A DNA stretch of 60,224 nucleotides, counting the filler, from Hausera hauseri (Eukaryota): the NCBI GenBank assembly GCA_046269625.1. It is 12 parts of 12 records of this genome, joined end to end, with 100 filler letters (N's around TTAATTAATTAA, not from the genome) between each part and the next. Parts side by side here need not be neighbours in the genome. Positions count along the whole stretch, not along the records: positions 51,268 to 55,952 come from JBJURY010476131.1; positions 56,053 to 60,224 come from JBJURY010721657.1; 10 more parts are not named here. One strand, 5' to 3'. Of this stretch, positions 53,560 to 60,224 are shown in pieces; position 1 is the first letter of the stretch; every line of letters starts with the position of its first letter. The translations under genes and the position numbers were made by a program. A model generated the notes under the pieces. It was given only the letters and a program-made list of their open reading frames with translations, searched no databases and was not told the origin of the DNA.

Positions 53560-55952
53560 TGCAACACCAATTCAAAACGCGGACGTACTTACCGAATATT
53601 TTGCGCGGTCTAAGGGGAAATTCAGATATCCCGCCCTTTGCTGCCCACCACGCAGAGGCGGAAATCCCGACCGCCAACCTTGCGCCGGTCGGTCGTGGGG
53701 CGCCTTCGACGTCGGCTTCACTTCATGCCCCAGGCGCACTACCGTTCCATCCTCTATTCTCTTTTTCCATAACAACATCCACATATATACCCTCCATACT
53801 ACACACCCGCATATCCCCATTTTTCAAACCCACCTTTCTTCTATCCTTGGTTCTTCAAACTTCTTCCTTACTCATCACGGCGCTATCATTCATTTCAACG
53901 AAACTTTATTTTTTCCAAATCGAGCTTACTTCAACATACATCTCCGTATCCGTGGTGGAATGAATTCCCCACCAACTATCGACACAACGGATATAATTAC
54001 CACAAAAAGCCAATACCCATTCTCTACTACAAACCAAACCCTCCACGTTTTTCAGTCGATGCAAATCCCCACAAAAATCCTACCCATACTTCACACTGCA
54101 CTGAATACTTCATAGATAATGAAAAGTCCAGTAAAACGTAGCTTCACTTTCATCAACTGTGGTTACAGTCTAATGGTATCACAGATTCTTTGTCTAAATC
54201 CCACAGCCTACTCTATCGTCTCCCAAATTCCATAAAAGCCTCAATACATAACTTGCTAGATATTTTTCAGCACCCCGACCCTTACACCCAACTATTCGAT
54301 GCTGTATAAAACAGACCGAACCTTCCATTGACTCCATAATACAGGGTTTCTTTAACAAAAATACACTGGGCACACAAAAACACAGTGACTTTTTACGCAC
54401 TTCATTATCACACTTTCGTACTCTTGGCGTCACTAAGGAATATAACCCGTATCTTTTACGCCACTATTTTATGAACGCCCTACCTATCCAAATCCGGGCC
54501 CTTTTTACCGTGGTGGGAGACTCCACGCAGCTTGAAAAATTGGCCGAATTGGCCGATAGGACATACGATGTCCTCCACATAAATTCGCAACCCGCAGTTT
54601 CAACAGCAGTTGCCGCTAACGACGTACAACTAACACGCCCATAGAACAGCAGCTGAATCAGCTACGTGCTAAAAATATTGCACTGCAGGCAACTATCAAC
54701 AACATAAATAATAAATTAAATGAATTGTCCTTATCCCGACAAGGGGGTTTTGCCGCTTCGCGTACCCGTTATACGTCACGAAACTGTTCACCATCGCCTG
54801 CGCGTTCGTCGATCTGCTACTACCACAGCAGATTTGACACAAATGCTCAGAAATGCTGCCTAGGTTGCCAATTTTATAATCAAAAGTTCTTCTCAAACAC
54901 CGTGATTTGCATTTACCACGCGAGATTCAAAAATCAAGCACGTAAATGCATCCCTGTTTGCAACTTTAAATCGAATGCGAATGAAGGACGTACTGCTTTT
55001 CCGTCTAACACTCGTTCTCATTCACCCTTTACAAAAAACTAAGTTCGCCGCCAGAGGTCACGGCAAACTCTGGCAAAGGCACTACTTCACTTTCTGCACG
55101 CCGAAACGTCTCTTTTGCAGTCTTTACTCTAAAGGCTGCAATCACTGCCCCTACGACTCAATCTCTTGACTTTCTTATTGATACAGGGGCCGCAATCTCT
55201 CTATTACCGCAAACCCTTCCTACACAAAACTCTCCATTTAAACTTAAGTGTTTATTTACTGCTTCAGGCCAGCCGCTGCACATCTCGGGCACAGCTACAT
55301 TATCTTTCACTTTGACTGCTTTCTCTATATCTTTCCGCTGGACGTTCACAGTTGCTAAAGTCCAATCGGCAATCCTAGGATCAGACTTCCTCTCACAACC
55401 TACTTGTAGACTGCAACCAGCGATGTTTGAGGAAAGGCACCGTTGGCGATATTTCTGGTCATGTTAATAACGTTTCGACTACCGTGCAGTCGACCGTGGG
55501 ACGGAACTCAGTTTTAAAAAAGTCTGCAAATAATTTGATTTTTTATAACAATAATTCTATTCGTAAATTTTTAAACCATAATATGGCTGTACAATCGAGA
55601 TTTGATGTCGATAAGTGTGGTACTGCCACCAACACTGTTCCATTCAGCGAAGTAACTTCATCCAACACCATTTTAAATTCAACCATATTACGCAAAATAC
55701 CAACTGATTGCACCTCATCTAACAACTCACAAATTGCATCTGCTAATACTCAAGCCGTTTCACTATCTTCACCAAATCTGTCACAACTACTTGCAACGTT
55801 ACAGCAATTCATCAACAAATTATGTACACGCGTCCTTAAAAAGACCGTACATTCACTCCTGCCAACAGAATTTTACACCATATAGTCACACAGCATCAAC
55901 GTCCAATACGCCAAAAGGTACGGCCTCTGTCACCTCGCCGTAGACAGGCCGT
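53560..55952 (+). mobile_element. Family A copy 4: GC-rich leader, UBL-gag, frameshift site, PR, start of RT region
   Basis: FFLTHHGAII...NIHLRIRGG-MNSPPT in frame, two intact CHCC fingers, A AAA AAC TAA, FLIDTGAA in the -1 frame, PIRQKVRPLSPRR. Confidence 0.92.
55033..55103 (+). promoter_or_regulatory. -1 programmed ribosomal frameshift signal
   Basis: Correctly phased A AAA AAC before the gag TAA. Stem GCCAGAG/CTCTGGC (55050-55074); loop CGGC can pair with GCCG at 55100-55103. The -1 frame is open to DTGA. Confidence 0.8.
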
Positions 55953-56052
55953 NNNNNNNNNNNNNNNNNNNNNNNNNNNNNNNNNNNNNNNNNNNNTTAA
56001 TTAATTAANNNNNNNNNNNNNNNNNNNNNNNNNNNNNNNNNNNNNNNNNNNN
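55953..56052. other. Artificial contig spacer
   Basis: 44 N + TTAATTAATTAA + 44 N. Confidence 0.99.
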
Positions 56053-56122
56053 CACTAGAGCAATCTGTTGACCATTTTACTAATTAAATGAAACAGAAAA
56101 AATCGTAACGAAAGTGTATGTG

Positions 56123-59100
56123 TCAGTTTGTCTTAGTGTGAACAAGACGTTGGGTACCTTTTACTGATTTTTCCCTGCTATACTTGCTGAATGTGACTCT
56201 GCGTGGTTTGTCTTTTTGCGGTATGTTTGCTTGCAGAGTTTGAAGTTGGGGAAAAATTGTCGTATTTTGTTGTGTGTTGTGTAATGCAAAGATGAGTCAG
56301 GAAGAGAAGAAGAAGGTGAAGGAGGAAGAGAGATTGTTGAAGACGGATGTTTAAAGGTATTTAAGAGAGTGTTAGAAGACGAAGGAATGATAAAAGGTGT
56401 AGTGGCGGATAATGGAGGAGAAAGAGATTGAAGTAGAAGTTGGAATTGAATTGTGTGAAAGAGTGGAAGATGAAATAGAGGTAGTGGTAGAGAGAGGAAG
56501 AGGGGTAGGGATACAAGTAAGGAAAGGAGGGAGTTGCTAAGCTGAATTTAAAGTGGTAGAAGGCGACGTGTGAGGCGAAAGGGGGAAGAAAGCGCCATAG
56601 ATGAAGGTGTGGAAGGAGAAGGAGAGAGAGAGAGAGAAAAATGGCGGAGGTACAAAGCGAAAAAGAGCCAGAAGATGGAGAAGGCAAAGGAAAATAGTTG
56701 GAGGGTGGTATGCAATAGGTTGGAATGATTAAAGGTGTAGATGGAGAGATTGGTGAAGTCGAAATAGTTTTGTTGGAGGATGTATTGTAAGAGGAGAGAG
56801 CAGGTTGTTACCAGGGGATGGATGAGGTGTTGTAAGGCTTGAAGGTGCAAAATCGGATGGGGGAGAAAGAGGCTGAATTGTGAGAAGAAATTGAAGTGGA
56901 ACTTTTGGGAGAACACGTAAGGGAAAGTGGATTAAGACATTGAGCAGAGATGGAAGTTGAATTGTTGGATTGCTGAGTGTCGTATAAAGATGTTGATGGA
57001 GAAGTGACTTCGATGGGAGACGTATCGTCGATGAAGAAGGCCGGCTTAGCGTTGTTGATGGGAACTGTTACTTCTTTGTCGTCTTTGAGAATGATGATGT
57101 TGTGGGAGTGTAAGCGAATTACTTTGTAAGGTCCGACATACTGAGGTTGAAAACCACACGGCGTCTGATTCTTTAGCTATATGAACTTGGCAGGTAATCA
57201 ATCGTCGGGTATGTAGAGTTTATTTCCGTGTAACAATCTGCAAAATGAGTCTTTTCTGATCTCAACGAAGTGTCTCTGTGCCGCTTGTATTGTTTCGTCT
57301 GTAGGAATGTTGTCCAGCTCAGTCAGCAAAATAATAATGATCTGATGGAAGTGCCAAATAATGCTTCTGCAGGTGAACAGCCCGTAGAAATAGATGGTGT
57401 TCCGCCAGCCAAGCAGAACGTACGGAAGAAGTGTAGTCCAACTGCGATTGGACTCCTCAAGGATTTTGAGAGATGTTTTCATCGTTCGGTGAAAGCGTTC
57501 AAGAAGGCCATTCGATTGGGGATGATATGGTGGCGTGTGAATGTGGTTAATTTCCAATCGATTGAGAAGAGCTTTAAGCAGGTTGAATTGAAACTGTGGA
57601 CCTTGGTCCGAAATGATATGGCGAGGTGATCCAAACCTGCTTATCCAAGTGCGGATGAAAACGTCTGCGATTGCTTCTGTGTTGGTGCTCCGAAGCGGGA
57701 CCGCCTCTGTCCATCGCGAGAAACGGTCCATCATTGTGAGGATGAACCGATGACCGTCGTCTAAGAGTAGTGGGCCTACAAGGTCAATGTGAACAGATTC
57801 GAAACGAGACGAGCAGGAAAAATGAAATAGTGGTGGCTTTAAGTGTTTTGTAACTTTGTATTTTTGGCATGCCACACAGTGCCTAACCCATGGCTGCACG
57901 TCAGAGCGCATCGACGGCCATACTACTTGTCGTTATAAGAGTTGGAAAGTGGTCTTGGCACCGGGATGATGCAACGAATGGATGTTGTTGAATGTGTCTT
58001 TTTGAAGCGATTCAGAAATGATTACTTTGTGATTATTAGGTTTAGAGGTGTCAAAGGCCACACTGCCGATGGTTTTGCACGATTTAAAAGACTTAAGGAT
58101 GTCTGGCGATAGCTTGTTTTGTTGAAGTTTTGATTGAGGGAAAATTGGTGTAAAGTCAATCGAGCTGACCGATCGGGACAAAAATCAACTACTAAATTGT
58201 CGACTCCGTTTAGGTGCTTAATTTGAAAATTAAATGTGGACAAATACGACATTTGCCTCTCCTGACGTGGAGAAGGCGATTTCATGATGAGAATTTGAAG
58301 CAAGGGTTGTTGTCCGTTTGTATTGTAACAGTTCGTGCAGTTAGTAGATGTTTAAAGTGGTTTACGGCAAGGACCATTGCAAGAAACTCTCGGTCAAAGG
58401 TGTAATATCTTTGCTCTTGTGTTGTGAATTTTCGAGAAAAGAATTTCAATGGCTCATGGGATCCATTTTTGACTTGATGGAGGACAGCATCTGCAGGTTT
58501 CGTGGATGCGTCCGTTGTTAAGGAGAGTTCTGCATGGGAGTCTGGATATGCCAGGGTTTTTACGGTTTTTAAATTGTCTTTGAGGTGATCGAAAGCGTTG
58601 ACTAGCTTGGCGGTCCATTGAATAGGCTGTTTCTTTTCGCCAGAGCTTAATGATGCAAATGGAACGGTTAGAGTGGAACAGTTGGAACGTACTTATGAAT
58701 AAAGTGCAAGATTCCAAGGAAAGAACGGATCTCTGTTGATGTACGTGGTAGTTGTATGTTTTTGAGCTGTGTGAATGTCCGGAGAAGCTAATAACATGTC
58801 CTAGGAAGTTGACCTTTTGTTGAAAAAAGGAGCATTTGGCGAAATTAATTTTCAAATTATTTTTGTGCAAGAGTTGGAAGATTAGACGTAAGTATTCGGA
58901 GTGTTGTTTGAAGGGGGATGATGCAATTAAGATATCATCGATATAGGGATAGGCGAAGTCTAAGCCTGATAGGACTGTATAGATATGCCCTTGGAAAGTC
59001 TGAGAAGCACTACGGAGTCCAAAAGGCATCTAGAGGTATTCCAACAGGCCGAAAAGTGTAATGACAGCCGTTTTCGGAATGTCTGCTGGGGCCACCGGAA

Positions 59101-60224
59101 TTTGGTTGTATGTTTTGTGTGAATCAATGCAGGAAAAGATGGTCGCACTATGGAGCCTGTGAAGGATATCGTTGATTAGTGGTAGAGGGTAGGCATCCAT
59201 TGTTGCTATGGTATTAAGTTGGCGGTAATCACCGCATGGGCGAAAGGTGCCATCTTTCTTTGGAACAAAATGTAGTGGTGAAGACCAGGGGGATTTGGAC
59301 CTTCTGAATATGCCTGATCTTTCCAGTTCGAGAAACTCAGCCTCCACTGCCTGTCTGCGGCGAGACGATAAGAGGAGGACCTTTTGCCGTATTGGTCTTT
59401 GATATGCAGTTACTATGTGATGGAAGGTGGATTGAGGTAGTAGGAATGATTTGTCCTTCTGCAACAGATGCGTGCAGGAAGAATAAATGCATTGTTGTAG
59501 ATCAGAAGGAAACGTAAGACGTTATCCGATGGTGTCGATGCATCGTGACTTGGTGCAGTTGAGGTATGAGTTATAGACAAGGTAATGTGACTGGGTGGTA
59601 TTTGGTGCAGGATGTTCGTGTTGAAGATGGTGTTGGCAGCTGTCTATTAGTAATGGGTGCCACGCACTTGGCAATATCGCATTTGTCACCGTAGTAAAAA
59701 TTTCTATATAGTGTATGATTATAAAAATGATTTAAGTCGGAAGTCGTATGCTCCAGTATTGACTTACTGGACGCGATCGCCGGGGTGGTCACTGAAATGC
59801 TGCTAATTTGATTAAGATTATTTCCGCACTTTAAGGAGCATCGCTTGCAATCTACAAGTAAATTGTAGTGGGACAGAAAGTCTGAACCCAATATAGGCGT
59901 GCGTACATTGGCTACTGTAAATTTTCATGTGAATGTGTTTGTGAAGTGTGGAAGAGTAAATGTTAATTTGGTAACTCCAAAAATTTGTAAAAGTTCACTG
60001 GACGCAGTGAATAATTGCTTTTGTGAAGTGTAATTGTGTTGAATGTGTTTTGTTGATGGCAGAGAGATTGCCGCGCCGGTGTCTATAAGAAAGTTTATGT
60101 TTTGTTTTGTTGGAGTAACGACTGCTGTTTCCAACGTGAAGACAGCGAAGGAAATGTGTCGGCTATGTTTTTGCTGGTTGTTGCCTTTGCTAGGACTTGC
60201 CGTGTGTCCTAGCGGCGAAATTAG
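56123..60224 (-). mobile_element. pol: Family A copy 5: pol (PR-RT-RH-INT) with expanded pyrimidine-rich tail
   Basis: FLIDTGAA, PCGDYR, PYIDD, HIDLVGPL, SDQGPQF, YHPQSNGLLERFHR, GPY, tail ending PRRVTFS...HTKTN*; frameshift hairpin at 60189-60213. Confidence 0.93.

Noticed and set aside
56361-56916. Leu/Phe/His-rich ORFs as membrane proteins
   Set aside because: They are alternative frames of the pyrimidine-rich low-complexity integrase tail.

Overview
This window is not contiguous DNA. It is 12 short contigs (about 4-7 kb each) joined by 11 artificial 100-nt spacers (44 N + TTAATTAATTAA + 44 N). I recognised no prokaryotic genes; the content is AT-rich animal-type repeat DNA. It holds decayed Ty3/Gypsy LTR retrotransposons of three families, two Polinton/Maverick-type protein-primed PolB remnants, hAT remnants, and disrupted host-gene fragments (cadherin repeats, UGGT, LMBRD2). 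Two things stand out. (1) Family B (contigs 6747-10718, 17834-22725, 27524-31662) reconstructs as a complex retrovirus-like Gypsy element. A chuvirus/herpes-gB-type (class III) glycoprotein lies UPSTREAM of PR-RT-RH-INT and in the same reading frame as PR-RT. It is preceded by a Gag-like/ubiquitin-like-domain region. After integrase come a second type-I membrane protein with FN3-like domains and a putatively spliced NLS-bearing accessory ORF. (2) Family A (CsRN1-like, five copies) has Gag preceded by a ubiquitin-like domain ending in a conserved (L/I)RGG in all four copies that include this region. It also has a covarying -1 frameshift pseudoknot, tandem CHCC fingers and an RVxF motif at the integrase tail. 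All protein assignments are by-eye motif recognition; no database searches were run.
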